Counted from the first letter of the stretch, positions 51,016 to 61,593 are shown. The stretch: 64,000 nucleotides of DNA from Clostridia bacterium (GCA_017451295.1 JAFSPW010000057.1:8227-72226); one strand, 5' to 3'. Numbers and translations: made by a program. The notes: generated by a model not told the origin, from the letters alone.

Positions 51016-51870
51016 ATGATTATTCAATGGTACCCGGGGCACATGGCCAAAGCCAAGCGCATGCTCCAGGAGAACATAAAGTTGGTGGATGCCGTGGCGG
51101 AAATCGTGGATGCCAGGGCGCCGGAGGCTTCCCGCAACCCGGACTTTGACGCGCTCTTTTCCCAAAAGGAACGCATCATCCTGCTCAACAAGGCGGACCT
51201 GGCGGACGAGAACGCCACCCGCCGCTTTTTGGACTACTACCGCCGCCGGGGCTTGTTGGCCGCTCCCATGGTCTCCACCGGCGCCGCCGGGAAGAAGCAG
51301 GCCGTGGCCCTGATGGAACGGGCGGTCAGCGACAAGGTGAAGCGGCTGCAGGAAAAGGGCATCAAAAAGACGGTCCGGGTCATGGTGGTGGGCATTCCCA
51401 ATGTGGGCAAGTCCACCTTCATCAACCGCATCGCCGGGGAGAATCGTACTAAGACCGGGGACACCCCCGGTGTCACCCGCAGCAAGCAATGGGTGAAGGT
51501 GGGTCCGTATCTAGAGCTTATGGACAGCCCCGGCTTGCTCTGGCCCAAGCTGGAGGATCAGCAAAAGGCCCAATCTCTGGCCTTCCTTGGCACGGTGAAC
51601 GACGACATCCTCGACGGGGAGGAGTTGGCATCAGCCCTTCTGCAGCGGCTCATGACCCTGTGCCCCGAAGCCCTGATGCAGCGGTATAAAAAGCTGACTT
51701 TGGAAACGGCGATAGAGGACCTGCTCCCGGCCGTGGCCCAGAGCCGGGGCTTTCTGCTTTCCGGCGGGGAACTGGATACAGAGCGGGCGGCCCGCATCGT
51801 CTTGGACGAGTTTCGGGGCGGCAAGATTGCCCGGGTGACATTGGACCAGGTGCCGGAGGAGCAGGCATGA
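51016..51870 (+). CDS. rbgA: ribosome biogenesis GTPase A (YlqF/RbgA)
   Basis: IQWYPGHMAKA, with circularly permuted GTPase motifs NKADL ... GIPNVGKST. Confidence 0.9.
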   Translation: MIIQWYPGHMAKAKRMLQENIKLVDAVAEIVDARAPEASRNPDFDALFSQKERIILLNKADLADENATRRFLDYYRRRGLLAAPMVSTGAAGKKQAVALMERAVSDKVKRLQEKGIKKTVRVMVVGIPNVGKSTFINRIAGENRTKTGDTPGVTRSKQWVKVGPYLELMDSPGLLWPKLEDQQKAQSLAFLGTVNDDILDGEELASALLQRLMTLCPEALMQRYKKLTLETAIEDLLPAVAQSRGFLLSGGELDTERAARIVLDEFRGGKIARVTLDQVPEEQA

Positions 51871-52502
51871 CCCGAATGGAACAGGAGCTCCAGCGGCTTA
51901 GACAGCTGACCCAAATCGACAGAACCTACTGGGACACCCCCGGCTCCATCCTGGCGGGCATGGACGAGGTCGGCCGCGGCCCCCTGGCGGGTCCTGTGGT
52001 AATAGGCTGCGTGGTCATGCCGCAAGAACCGCTGCTGCTCTATATCAACGACTCAAAGAAGGTGACCAAGAAGCGCCGCGCCCTGCTGTATGAGCAGATT
52101 CAGCAGACGGCCCTGGCCTTTTCCACCGCCTGGATTTCTCCTGAGGTTATCGACCAAATCAACATTCTGGAAGCTACCAAGCTGGGCTTTGCTCAAGCCT
52201 TTGGGGAGATTGCCCTCCCGGTGACGGACGTGCTCATCGATGCTCTTTCCGGCCTGGATATTCCCGCCCGCCAGCATCCCCTTATCCACGGGGATGCCCT
52301 AAGCTACTCCATCGGCGCCGCCTCCATTCTGGCCAAGGAGGCAAGGGACAGATATATGATGGAGCAGGATGCCCTGTACCCCCAATACGGCTTTGCCAAA
52401 AACAAGGGCTATGGCACGGCACAGCATATGGAAGCCCTGAAAAAATACGGTCCCTGTCCCATCCATCGCCGCAGCTTTATCGGTCATTTCTGCCATGAAT
52501 GA
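51867..52502 (+). CDS. rnhB: ribonuclease HII
   Basis: AGMDEVGRGPLAGPVV...NDSKK...HGDA...ASILAK is typical RNase HII. Confidence 0.9.
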   Translation: MTRMEQELQRLRQLTQIDRTYWDTPGSILAGMDEVGRGPLAGPVVIGCVVMPQEPLLLYINDSKKVTKKRRALLYEQIQQTALAFSTAWISPEVIDQINILEATKLGFAQAFGEIALPVTDVLIDALSGLDIPARQHPLIHGDALSYSIGAASILAKEARDRYMMEQDALYPQYGFAKNKGYGTAQHMEALKKYGPCPIHRRSFIGHFCHE

Positions 52503-52839
52503 GGGACGATGGGGGGAACGGCTGGCCGGCTGGTATCTGATGCTGCACGGCTATCGCATACTGGAGCGAAATTACCGGGTGGGTCGCTACGAGCTCGATA
52601 TCATTGCGCGGGCGATGGACGGCACCCTCTGCTTTGTGGAGGTGAAGACCAGAGGCCCTCACAGCTTCGGCTTGCCCCGCGAGGCGGTGGGGCAGAGAAA
52701 ACAGCAGTATCTGTACCGGGCCGCCCAGGGGTATTTGATGCACACGAAGGCCCCGGATGCCCCCGTCAGAATGGATGTGGTGGAGGTCTATCTGCGCCCA
52801 TTTCATATCATACACATACAAAACGCCTTAGAAATGTGA
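52495..52839 (+). CDS. YraN family protein (UPF0102)
   Basis: GERLAGWYLMLHGYRILERNYRVGRYELDIIA...FVEVKTR is typical YraN. Confidence 0.8.
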   Translation: MNEGRWGERLAGWYLMLHGYRILERNYRVGRYELDIIARAMDGTLCFVEVKTRGPHSFGLPREAVGQRKQQYLYRAAQGYLMHTKAPDAPVRMDVVEVYLRPFHIIHIQNALEM

Positions 52840-52888
52840 ACAATCCCGTCTAAAATCCTTCCCATTGTGAACCCTTTTCAACAATGGA

Positions 52889-52918
52889 TTGCAATGTGCC
52901 CTCCCTTTGTGGTATCAT
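52889..52918 (+). promoter_or_regulatory. candidate promoter of the glycosyltransferase pair
   Basis: TTGCAA (52889-94), 18 nt spacer, TGG-TATCAT (52913-18). Confidence 0.5.
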
Positions 52919-52962
52919 GCATTTGAGAAAGTATATCCCGCATCGGGATTGGAGGATACATT

Positions 52963-55074
52963 TTGCGTAAAAAGAGCATCAGCGCATTGGTTGGAATACT
53001 TGTGGTGGGACTGTTGGTCATGCTGGGGGTCTATTGGTATCGCCAAAGCCGCACCGCCTCCGCTATAGAGACCACCCTTAGTCTGCAAGCGAAGCCTGGC
53101 GCCTTGCCGGAGGACTGGTATATCACCTCCTATGAAGAGGCCTATACTGCCTATTCCGGGGAGGATGGGATTGTTACCCTCGTGAGTCAGATTCCCGACG
53201 ATTTGCGTCTGTGCAAAAAGGTGACCTTGAAGGGGGGCACCCGCTATGTGCTCTCCGGTCGCATCGCCACAGAGGAGGTGACCGGGGGCCGGGGCGCTTC
53301 CCTTTCCATAGACAACTACAGCCTGGACAAGAGCTGTGTCTATTCCCAAAGCCTCTATGGCACCAACGACTTCACCTTAGAACAGCTGTTGTTTGAAACC
53401 CGTCCGGAGCAGACACAAATCATCATCGCCCTGCGCCTGGGGGGCTACAGCGAGGCGAGCAGCGGCACCGTTCGTTTCCAAAGCATCACCCTGACGGAGG
53501 CCACCGGGGACGAGGGCTATTTTCAGGTCCTAACCCCCTGGGGCGGCACCGAGGAGGAGGACGAGGACAACGCCTTCAGGGGCGAGGAGCAGTATAAATC
53601 CTTCTTCGCCATCATCGTCTGGGCGGCAGTGCTTTCTGGCGTACTGCTGCTGTTTGGCATCTATCGCAATCGCCGCATGCTCACAGAAAAGACCCTGAAG
53701 GAGAAGACCTGCCGTTGGGGCTTTGCCTTTGTGGCGGTGGTGGGCATTCTGCTTCGCCTGGCCCTGTGCACCCTCTTTAGGGGCCACGATACGGATATGA
53801 ACTGCTTTATCGCCTGGGGACAGGATATTGCCCGCAACGGCACCGCCAACTTCTACTGGGCGCCGGGGCGGGAGTGGTACGACTATCCCCCGGGATACAT
53901 GCTGTTTCTGGGGGGCTACTCCTGGGTGCTGAACCTGTTTTATGTGGACACGGCCTCCGTTGCCGGCATCTTCCTCTATATGCTTCCGGCGGCGGCGGCG
54001 GACGTAGGGCTGGCCCTGCTGCTGATGCGCTATGCCCGCAGACGGAACCTAAACAACGCCGGCGCACTGGTCCTGGGAGGTCTGGTGTTCCTAAATCCGG
54101 CTCTGTCCTTCCTCTCCGGCGCCTGGGGCCAGATTGACTCCATCCTGACCCTTCTGGTAGTCCTGTCCTTCCTATCGCTCCTGAAAGGGAAGCGGATCCT
54201 CTCCGGGGCGGTCTTTGGCCTGGCGGTCATGATTAAATGGCAGGCTCTGATGTTTGGCCCGGTGTTCGCCTTTGTACACCTGTTCACCGTCTCCTGGAAG
54301 GAGGAAAAGCGCTGGAAGGACCTGGGGCAAACGCTCCTTGCCGCCCTTTCTGCCGTGGCGGTCATGGTCGTCATCGGTCTGCCCTTCATGGGCAATCAAG
54401 GCCCCTTCTGGTTCGTCCAAAAGTTCCTCTCCGCCTCCTCCGGCTATGACTATGCCACCGTGGAAGCCTATAACTACTTCGCCCTCTGCGGCGCCAACTG
54501 GCGGCGCGCCGGGGAGTACATGATTAACAACGTGCTCACCTACCGGCAATTCGGCACCATCGCCATCGCTCTGGCCATCCTCTGCGGGGCTGTGATTTTA
54601 CTGCAGCGGGGGCGGATACAGAAAAGACAGGGTCTGACCCTTCGGGAGGACAAGGGCGCCGTGTTCCTGTCCGCCGCCGTCACCATGGCCCTCATCTTCA
54701 CCTTCGGTCACTATATGCACGAACGGTATATCGTGCCGGTGCTCGTGCTGCTGCTGTACGCCTATGCCTGCTATAAGGACAAGCGGCTGCTTCTTGCGGC
54801 GCTGCTGTTTACCATCTCCACCTTCCTCAACGAGATGATGGCCATGTATGTGGTGAGCAGCGGGGCTATCGATGTGATTCGGGGCGGTCGGGAGCACAAT
54901 ACCATCCTGCGGCTGTGCGCCGCCATGGAGGTGGGGGAGTGCCTCTACCTTGGGTATGTGGTCATAGACCTGCTGCATAATTTGAAGGGGCGTCTGGGAC
55001 CTGTCTTCATCAAAGAACCAAGCAAGCAAAAGACCGGGCTGTATGCCTTCGTGGAGGAGGGCCTGCAAAAATGA
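52963..55074 (+). CDS. GT-C-fold membrane glycosyltransferase-like protein with N-terminal extracytoplasmic beta-sandwich (CBM-like) domain
   Basis: TTG start 7 nt after GGAGG. It has a TM anchor, a ~190-aa soluble domain and then about 12 TM helices, with the motif GHDTDMNCFIAWGQ near the first loop. The family call is tentative. Confidence 0.55.
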   Translation: MRKKSISALVGILVVGLLVMLGVYWYRQSRTASAIETTLSLQAKPGALPEDWYITSYEEAYTAYSGEDGIVTLVSQIPDDLRLCKKVTLKGGTRYVLSGRIATEEVTGGRGASLSIDNYSLDKSCVYSQSLYGTNDFTLEQLLFETRPEQTQIIIALRLGGYSEASSGTVRFQSITLTEATGDEGYFQVLTPWGGTEEEDEDNAFRGEEQYKSFFAIIVWAAVLSGVLLLFGIYRNRRMLTEKTLKEKTCRWGFAFVAVVGILLRLALCTLFRGHDTDMNCFIAWGQDIARNGTANFYWAPGREWYDYPPGYMLFLGGYSWVLNLFYVDTASVAGIFLYMLPAAAADVGLALLLMRYARRRNLNNAGALVLGGLVFLNPALSFLSGAWGQIDSILTLLVVLSFLSLLKGKRILSGAVFGLAVMIKWQALMFGPVFAFVHLFTVSWKEEKRWKDLGQTLLAALSAVAVMVVIGLPFMGNQGPFWFVQKFLSASSGYDYATVEAYNYFALCGANWRRAGEYMINNVLTYRQFGTIAIALAILCGAVILLQRGRIQKRQGLTLREDKGAVFLSAAVTMALIFTFGHYMHERYIVPVLVLLLYAYACYKDKRLLLAALLFTISTFLNEMMAMYVVSSGAIDVIRGGREHNTILRLCAAMEVGECLYLGYVVIDLLHNLKGRLGPVFIKEPSKQKTGLYAFVEEGLQK

Positions 55075-56843
55075 AGCAACAAACCTACCGGGTGTCGGAC
55101 CTGTTTGAAAAATATCAAAGCCATCGGCTGGTGAAGCTGGACAGGATACTGCTATTGTGCCTCACCCTCGTTTACGGCATCATCGCCCTTTTGAACCTGG
55201 GCACGCTCAGCTTTCCCACCACTGTCTATCGTGGCGAGGTGGGGGAGAGCTTCACCCTGGACTTTGGCCAGGAGGTGAACCTAACCTCCCTGTGGGTCAA
55301 CGGCAACATCGCCCAGGGCACCCTTCGCTTTGTGACGGAGGGGGAGGACAGCCGCACCTTCACCCAGGACCAGGGGGATATGTTCAAGTGGCACCAGGTG
55401 GACCTGGGCCTCTCTGCCCGCTATCTGCAGGTGACGGTGGAGAATCGGGAGGTGGCGATCAACGAGCTGGCCTTCTTTGAGAACGGGACGCTGCTGCCGG
55501 TCACGGCCCTTGAAGGGACGGCTGCTTATCTGGTGGACGAGCAGGACACCGTCCCCGCTGCGCCCAGCTATTTTAACGGCATGATTTTCGATGAGATATA
55601 TCATGCCCGCACGGCCTATGAGAACATCCACAACATGTCCATCTACGAGTGGACCCACCCGCCCCGTGGGAAGCTGATTATCGCCCTGGGCATCCTGATT
55701 TTCGGCATGAAGCCCTTCGGCTGGCGCATTATGGGAACCCTGTTCGGGGTGGCCATGGTGCCGCTGATGTATGTGTTTGCCAAGCGCATCTTCAAGCGCA
55801 CGGACTATGCCTTTTTGACGGCGGGGCTGTGGGCCTTTGACTGCATGCACTTTACCCAAACCCGCATCGCCACCATCGACGTGTACGGGGTGTTTTTCAT
55901 CCTGCTCATGTTCTTCTTCATGTATGAATATGTGCGGCAGGACTTTTTCTCCACTCCCATGAAGGAAAAACTGCGGCCCCTGGCCTTCTGCGGCGTAGCC
56001 TTCGGCTTGGGCTGCAGCAGCAAGTGGATCGGCTGCTATGCCGGGGCGGGCCTCGCTGTGGTGCTGTTCTATCATTTAATCTGTGCCGGCTTCACCGCCT
56101 ACAAGGGTCACGATAAGGGAGCCATGGCGCGGCGGAGCCTCTATCGGCAGCAGCTATCCATCACCTTGCTCTGGTGCGTCCTCTGGTTTGTGCTGGTGCC
56201 GGGGCTCATCTACTTTGTTTCCTATTTCCCTTACTATCGCTATCAGGCTTCCATCCAGGAGGACTATGGCCTGCTGGACATGTGGGATACCCTTATCAAG
56301 AATCAGAAGGATATGTACAACTACCACAGCCAGCTCACCGCCACCCACATGTGCCAGAGCACCTGGTACCAGTGGCCCTTCACCTTCAAGAGCGTTTGGT
56401 TCTATGTGTCTGGGGGCAACGGCACCATCTCCAACATCTCCAGCACCGGCAACCCGGCCATCTGGTGGATTAGCTCCGTGGGCGCCGTGTGCCTGTTCCT
56501 CGAATGGGTGCTGGGGAAGGTGAAGCGCGATGCGGTGCTGCCCATCCTCTTTGTGGGGGTGCTGGCCAACTACCTGCCCTGGGTGCTGGTGAGCCGGTGC
56601 GTGTTCCTGTACCACTTTTTCGCCACCGTGCCCTTCATCCTTTTGTCCACCGTCTATCTGCTGTTCCTCATGGAAAGGGAGAACCGGCGCCTTGGCTGGC
56701 TCAAATGGGCCTGGCTTTCTCTGGCGGTGGTGTATTTTGTGCTACTGTATCCGGCTATCTCGGGGCTGCCCACCGGCATGGGCTATGCAGGGTTCCTGGA
56801 GAACGTACTGCCGGCATCCTATCTGTATTACGGCTGGGTATAG
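55071..56843 (+). CDS. PMT/GT39-family (phospholipid carrier-dependent) protein mannosyltransferase-like enzyme with discoidin-like N-domain
   Basis: FDEIYHARTAYENIHNMSIYEWTHPPRGKLIIALG is the PMT signature. An N-terminal jelly-roll-like segment (..WHQVDLGLSARYLQVTVENREVAINELAFFENG) precedes it. Confidence 0.75.
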   Translation: MKQQTYRVSDLFEKYQSHRLVKLDRILLLCLTLVYGIIALLNLGTLSFPTTVYRGEVGESFTLDFGQEVNLTSLWVNGNIAQGTLRFVTEGEDSRTFTQDQGDMFKWHQVDLGLSARYLQVTVENREVAINELAFFENGTLLPVTALEGTAAYLVDEQDTVPAAPSYFNGMIFDEIYHARTAYENIHNMSIYEWTHPPRGKLIIALGILIFGMKPFGWRIMGTLFGVAMVPLMYVFAKRIFKRTDYAFLTAGLWAFDCMHFTQTRIATIDVYGVFFILLMFFFMYEYVRQDFFSTPMKEKLRPLAFCGVAFGLGCSSKWIGCYAGAGLAVVLFYHLICAGFTAYKGHDKGAMARRSLYRQQLSITLLWCVLWFVLVPGLIYFVSYFPYYRYQASIQEDYGLLDMWDTLIKNQKDMYNYHSQLTATHMCQSTWYQWPFTFKSVWFYVSGGNGTISNISSTGNPAIWWISSVGAVCLFLEWVLGKVKRDAVLPILFVGVLANYLPWVLVSRCVFLYHFFATVPFILLSTVYLLFLMERENRRLGWLKWAWLSLAVVYFVLLYPAISGLPTGMGYAGFLENVLPASYLYYGWV

Positions 56844-56858
56844 GAAGGAGAAACAGAC

Positions 56859-58376
56859 ATGCTGTCCCAGGCAAACAGCTTTGGCCTTTCGGGCCTGACG
56901 GGCTTCCCGGTGAAGGTGGAAGCGGACATCTCCGGCGGTCTTCCTGCCTATGAAACGGTGGGCTTGCCGGACGCTGCCGTAAAGGAGTCCAAGGAGCGGG
57001 TCCGGGCGGCGCTGAAAAACTCCGGCTTCCTGCTGCCTCCCTCCCGAATCACCGTCAGCTTAGCCCCTGCCAACGTGCGTAAGGAGGGCAGCGTCTATGA
57101 TTTGCCCATCGCCCTGGCGCTGTTGTGTGCCCAGGGGAAGATAAAGCAAGCCCCCCTCACCCGGGCTATCTATCTGGGGGAGCTGGCCCTGAACGGGGAT
57201 GTGCGCGGGGTCAACGGCGTGCTGCCCATGGTCATCAGCGCCCGACAGGCCGGGGAAGAGGTGTTCTTCGTCCCCCGGGAAAACGCCGAGGAGGCCGCTT
57301 GCGTGGAAGGTGCCCGGGTGTTCCCGGTGGACAACCTGCGGGGCCTGATTGCCTTTTTGCAGGGGGAGGGAGGCATGGAGCCTCTGCCCCAAACCGTTGT
57401 CGTGCCTGAAATTGGGGAAAACGCCCTGGATTTTTCCTACATCAAAGGACAGGCATCGGCCAAGCGGGCGGCGGAGATTGCCGCTGCCGGCGGGCACAAC
57501 CTGCTGCTGGCGGGGACCCCCGGTTCCGGGAAGACCATGCTCGCTCGGGCCATGCCCTCCATTCTGCCGCCTATGGACATGGCGGAGTGTATGGAGGTGA
57601 CTAAGATTCATTCCGTGGTGGGGCATCGGGGCCTCGTGACGGCCCGTCCCTATCGCTCCCCTCATCACGGGGCTTCGGCGGTGGCCATCACCGGCGGCGG
57701 TTCCAACGCCCTGCCGGGAGAAATCAGCCTTGCTCACCTGGGGGTGCTGTTTTTAGACGAGTTCCCCGAGTTTCACAGGGATGTGCTGGAAAGCCTGCGC
57801 CAGCCTCTGGAGGACGGGGTCATCACCGTGTCCCGGTCCAAGCAGTCCTGCACCTACCCGGCATCCTTCATGCTGGTGGCGGCCATGAACCCCTGCCCCT
57901 GCGGCAACAGAGGTTCTCGGACCAAGGCCTGTACCTGCTCTCCCGCCGCCATCCACCGCTATGTTCGCAAGATTTCCGGCCCCTTGCTGGATAGAATCGA
58001 CCTGTTTATCGAGATGAACGACGTGCCCTTCGAGGAGCTTACGGGCAAGGGCGAGGGGGAGTCCTCCCAAGTCATCCGCCAGCGGGTCACCGCCGCCCGG
58101 CAGCGGCAGCATGAGCGGTTCGGTTCGGACAGCACCCGGCTCAATGCCCAGCTCACCATTGGGGAGATGGACGAATTTTGCCAACTGAGCAAGCCCTGTC
58201 GGGACATTATGGAGCGGGCCTTCCAGCGCATGGAGCTTTCCGCCCGGGCCTATCAGCGGGTGCGTAAGGTGGCAAGAACCATTGCGGACCTGGCGGGCAG
58301 CGAGAGCATTCAAGAACAGCACCTGATGGAAGCCATTCGCTATCGCAGCTTACCCATTCTGCAGGAGGAACCATGA
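56859..58376 (+). CDS. comM: YifB/ComM-family Mg-chelatase-like AAA+ protein
   Basis: Lon-like N-domain plus AAA+ Walker A LLAGTPGSGKTM. 505 aa. Confidence 0.9.
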   Translation: MLSQANSFGLSGLTGFPVKVEADISGGLPAYETVGLPDAAVKESKERVRAALKNSGFLLPPSRITVSLAPANVRKEGSVYDLPIALALLCAQGKIKQAPLTRAIYLGELALNGDVRGVNGVLPMVISARQAGEEVFFVPRENAEEAACVEGARVFPVDNLRGLIAFLQGEGGMEPLPQTVVVPEIGENALDFSYIKGQASAKRAAEIAAAGGHNLLLAGTPGSGKTMLARAMPSILPPMDMAECMEVTKIHSVVGHRGLVTARPYRSPHHGASAVAITGGGSNALPGEISLAHLGVLFLDEFPEFHRDVLESLRQPLEDGVITVSRSKQSCTYPASFMLVAAMNPCPCGNRGSRTKACTCSPAAIHRYVRKISGPLLDRIDLFIEMNDVPFEELTGKGEGESSQVIRQRVTAARQRQHERFGSDSTRLNAQLTIGEMDEFCQLSKPCRDIMERAFQRMELSARAYQRVRKVARTIADLAGSESIQEQHLMEAIRYRSLPILQEEP

Positions 58377-59500
58377 TAGACGAAAGAGACAGGCTGGAGC
58401 TGTGGCTCCACTATGCCACCGGTACCAACTATAAGCAGTTCGCCGCCGTTCGGGAGGAGTATTACTATCTGGACGAGGCATGGGAGGACGTGCGCGCGGG
58501 GCAGATGGGGCGTTTTACCATGCTGGATGAGGAGGGCAAACAGCGGCTTATGGAAGCTGCCCGCGACGGCTTTATGGACCGCTACATCCGCTGGCTGGAC
58601 AAGAACCAAATCAATGTACTCACCAGCACCAGCTATTGCTATCCGTCCCTGCTCAAGGAGATTCATGACCCACCGGCGGTCCTGTTCTATAAGGGCACCC
58701 TTAACGAGGATATGCAGCTGCCCATCGCCGTGGTGGGCACCCGCCGGTGCACGGACTACGGCAAGGAGGTGGCCAAAACCTTTGGCCGGGAGCTGGTGCG
58801 CGCCGGCGCTACCGTGGTTTCGGGCCTTGCCACCGGCATTGACGGCTATGCGGCGGTGGGGGCTCTGTCCGTGGAGGATGCTCAGGACCCCACCGTGGCC
58901 GTGCTGGGCTGCGGCATCGACGTGGTCTATCCCCAGGGCAACGAAAAGCTCTATGCCGCCATTGCGGAACGAGGCTGTGTGATGACGGAGTTTTTGCCCA
59001 AGACCCGGCCCCTGCCCCAAAACTTCCCCCTCCGCAACCGCATCATCAGCGGCCTTTCCCTGGGCGTGCTGGTGGTGGAAGCGGGGGAGCGCAGCGGCGC
59101 CTCCATCACCGCCCACCTGGCCCTGGAGCAGGGCAGGGAGGTGTTTGCCATTCCCGGCCGGGTGACGGATCGAATGAGTATCGGCACCAACACCCTGATT
59201 CGCCGGGGGGAAGCTAAGCTCGTTACACAAGTATCGGATATTTTGGAGGAGTTCGGCGCCGCTTACACGAGCTCGGAGCCCAGGGAAGTGAACCTTTCCA
59301 GTCTTTCCCCTCTGGAACAGCAGATTGTCAAAGCGCTCCTGAGCGGCGAAAAGAATGACGACGAGCTGATGGAACGGTGCGACACCGATATCGGCCAGCT
59401 GATTTATACCTTGACAGAGCTGTCCATTTCGGGAATAATAAAGCAACTGCCGGGGAGCGTGTATGCGCTGGATACCCTGCAAACCAGAATAGTGGAGTAA
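58373..59500 (+). CDS. dprA: DNA-processing protein DprA
   Basis: PPAVLFYKGTL...IAVVGTRRCTDYG...SGLATGIDGYA...GRVTD is typical DprA/Smf. Confidence 0.9.
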   Translation: MIDERDRLELWLHYATGTNYKQFAAVREEYYYLDEAWEDVRAGQMGRFTMLDEEGKQRLMEAARDGFMDRYIRWLDKNQINVLTSTSYCYPSLLKEIHDPPAVLFYKGTLNEDMQLPIAVVGTRRCTDYGKEVAKTFGRELVRAGATVVSGLATGIDGYAAVGALSVEDAQDPTVAVLGCGIDVVYPQGNEKLYAAIAERGCVMTEFLPKTRPLPQNFPLRNRIISGLSLGVLVVEAGERSGASITAHLALEQGREVFAIPGRVTDRMSIGTNTLIRRGEAKLVTQVSDILEEFGAAYTSSEPREVNLSSLSPLEQQIVKALLSGEKNDDELMERCDTDIGQLIYTLTELSISGIIKQLPGSVYALDTLQTRIVE

Positions 59501-59514
59501 TAGAGGATAATAGC

Positions 59515-61593
59515 ATGGCTGAATCTTTAGTCATTGTGGAGTCTCCCGCCAAGGCGAAGACCATCGAAAAGTTTTTAGGCAGCAAATACAAGGTGGTGGC
59601 CAGTCAGGGCCACATCCGGGATTTGCCCAAGTCCCAGCTGGGGGTGGATGTGGAGCATGGCTTTGCTCCCAAGTACATTGCCCTGCGGGGACGGAAGGAT
59701 GTTTTGGAAACCATCCGCAAGGAAGCCAAGAAGGCGGATAAAATCTACCTGGCCACCGACCCTGACCGGGAGGGGGAGGCTATCTCCTGGCACCTGGCAG
59801 AGGTTTTGAAGCTGGACGAAAGCAGCAAGTGCCGCATCGAGTTCAACGAAATCACCGCCACCGCCGTCAAGGGCTCCTTCAAGAAGGCCCGGCCCATCAA
59901 CATGGACCTGGTGGATGCCCAGCAGGCAAGGCGGGTGCTGGACAGACTGGTGGGCTATAAGATTAGCCCCATCCTTTGGACCAAGGTTAGAAAAGGCTTG
60001 TCCGCCGGACGGGTTCAGTCCGTGGCCACCCGCATCATCTGCGACAGGGAGCAGGAGATAAACGACTTCGTTCCCAAGGAATACTGGACCATCACCGCTA
60101 CCCTGCAGGCCAAGAAAGCCTTTGAGGCCAAGTTCATCTCCCTGGATAAGATGAAGGAGCTGACCTGCAAAGCGGATGCGGACAGGGTCCTCTCCTGCAT
60201 CGCCGGCCGTCCCTTTGTGGCAACCGAAGTGAAGACGGGGGAGAAGAAGCGCCACGCCGCCCCGCCGTTCACCACCTCCAGCCTGCAGCAGGAGGCTTCC
60301 CGGAAGCTGAACTTCACCGCCAAAAAGACCATGCAGATTGCCCAGCAGCTCTATGAGGGCGTGGACATCGGCAGGAAGGGCCCTGTGGGCTTGATTTCCT
60401 ATATCCGTACCGACTCCGTCCGCATCAGCCGGGAGGCCCAGGCGGCAGCCCTTGCCTATATCGCCCAAGAGTATGGGCAGGACTATGTCCCCGAACACCC
60501 CAACTTCTACCGGGGTCGGAGCAACGCCCAGGACGCCCACGAGGCCATTCGCCCCACGGACGTGCATAATGACCCCAAGGCTCTCAAAGGCAGTCTCTCC
60601 AACGACCAGTTTAAGCTGTATAAGCTGATTTACGACCGCTTCCTGGCCAGCCAGATGAGCGAATGCCTGCTGGAGACCACCGCCGTCTCCTTCGATGTGA
60701 ACGGCGCCCTGTTCCGCTCCACCGGCGTTCGGACCCTGTTCCCGGGCTTCACCGCCGTGTATACCGAGGGTCGGGACGAGCAGGGCGAGAAGGAGGTGCA
60801 GCTGCCCCTTATTCGGGAGGGGGACAGCTTCGTGCCCTCCGCCATCCATCCGGAGCAGAAGTTCACCCAACCCCCCGCTCGGTATACGGAGGCTACCCTG
60901 GTGAAGACCCTGGAGGAGAAGGGCATCGGCCGTCCCTCCACCTATGCTCCCACCATCTCCACCATTGTGGACAGGGGCTATGTGTTAAGGGAAAAGAAGA
61001 CCCTTATGCCGACGGAGCTGGGCTTTGTGGTTACTAGCCTTATGAAGGATAACTTCAGCAACATCGTGGACGTGGCTTTCACCGCCGATATGGAGGAGAA
61101 GCTCGACAAGGTGGAGGAGGGCCAGGTGCCCTGGCAGCAGGTCATTTCCGAGTTCTACGGACCCTTTGAGAAGGAATTGGATGCCGCCGGCGCCAATATC
61201 GACAAGGTGAAACTGCCTGACCCGGTGTCCGATGTGCCCTGCGACAAGTGCGGGGCCATGATGGTCATTAAGACCGGCCGCTTTGGAAAGTTTTTGGCCT
61301 GTCCCAATTTCCCCACCTGCCGGAACACCAAGCCCCTGGTGGAGAAGCTGGATGTAAAATGCCCCAAGTGCGGCGGCGACATCGTGAAGCTCAAAACCAA
61401 GAAGGGCAAGAATTTCTATGGCTGCAGCCGCTATCCGGAGTGCGACTTTGTCAGCTGGGATAAGCCGGTGCCCGGCACCTGCCCCAACTGCGGCAAGATG
61501 CTCGTGCAGCGCATGGGCCAAAATGGCCCCTTCGTGGCCTGCAGCGATAAGACCTGCGGCTACATTCGCCGGGCCAAAAAGGGAAAGGAATAA
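59515..61593 (+). CDS. topA: DNA topoisomerase I
   Basis: Start trimmed to MAESLVIVESPAKAKTIEKFLG (TOPRIM domain). The C-terminus has zinc ribbons CDKCGAMM, CPKCGGDI and CPNCGKML. Confidence 0.97.
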   Translation: MAESLVIVESPAKAKTIEKFLGSKYKVVASQGHIRDLPKSQLGVDVEHGFAPKYIALRGRKDVLETIRKEAKKADKIYLATDPDREGEAISWHLAEVLKLDESSKCRIEFNEITATAVKGSFKKARPINMDLVDAQQARRVLDRLVGYKISPILWTKVRKGLSAGRVQSVATRIICDREQEINDFVPKEYWTITATLQAKKAFEAKFISLDKMKELTCKADADRVLSCIAGRPFVATEVKTGEKKRHAAPPFTTSSLQQEASRKLNFTAKKTMQIAQQLYEGVDIGRKGPVGLISYIRTDSVRISREAQAAALAYIAQEYGQDYVPEHPNFYRGRSNAQDAHEAIRPTDVHNDPKALKGSLSNDQFKLYKLIYDRFLASQMSECLLETTAVSFDVNGALFRSTGVRTLFPGFTAVYTEGRDEQGEKEVQLPLIREGDSFVPSAIHPEQKFTQPPARYTEATLVKTLEEKGIGRPSTYAPTISTIVDRGYVLREKKTLMPTELGFVVTSLMKDNFSNIVDVAFTADMEEKLDKVEEGQVPWQQVISEFYGPFEKELDAAGANIDKVKLPDPVSDVPCDKCGAMMVIKTGRFGKFLACPNFPTCRNTKPLVEKLDVKCPKCGGDIVKLKTKKGKNFYGCSRYPECDFVSWDKPVPGTCPNCGKMLVQRMGQNGPFVACSDKTCGYIRRAKKGKE

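Noticed and set aside
58373-59500. DprA (also a SLOG-fold protein), considered as a possible partner of the TIR island.
   Set aside because: It is 27 kb away, has core-genome codon usage and sits in the conserved comM-dprA-topA synteny. This is the housekeeping competence/recombination protein.
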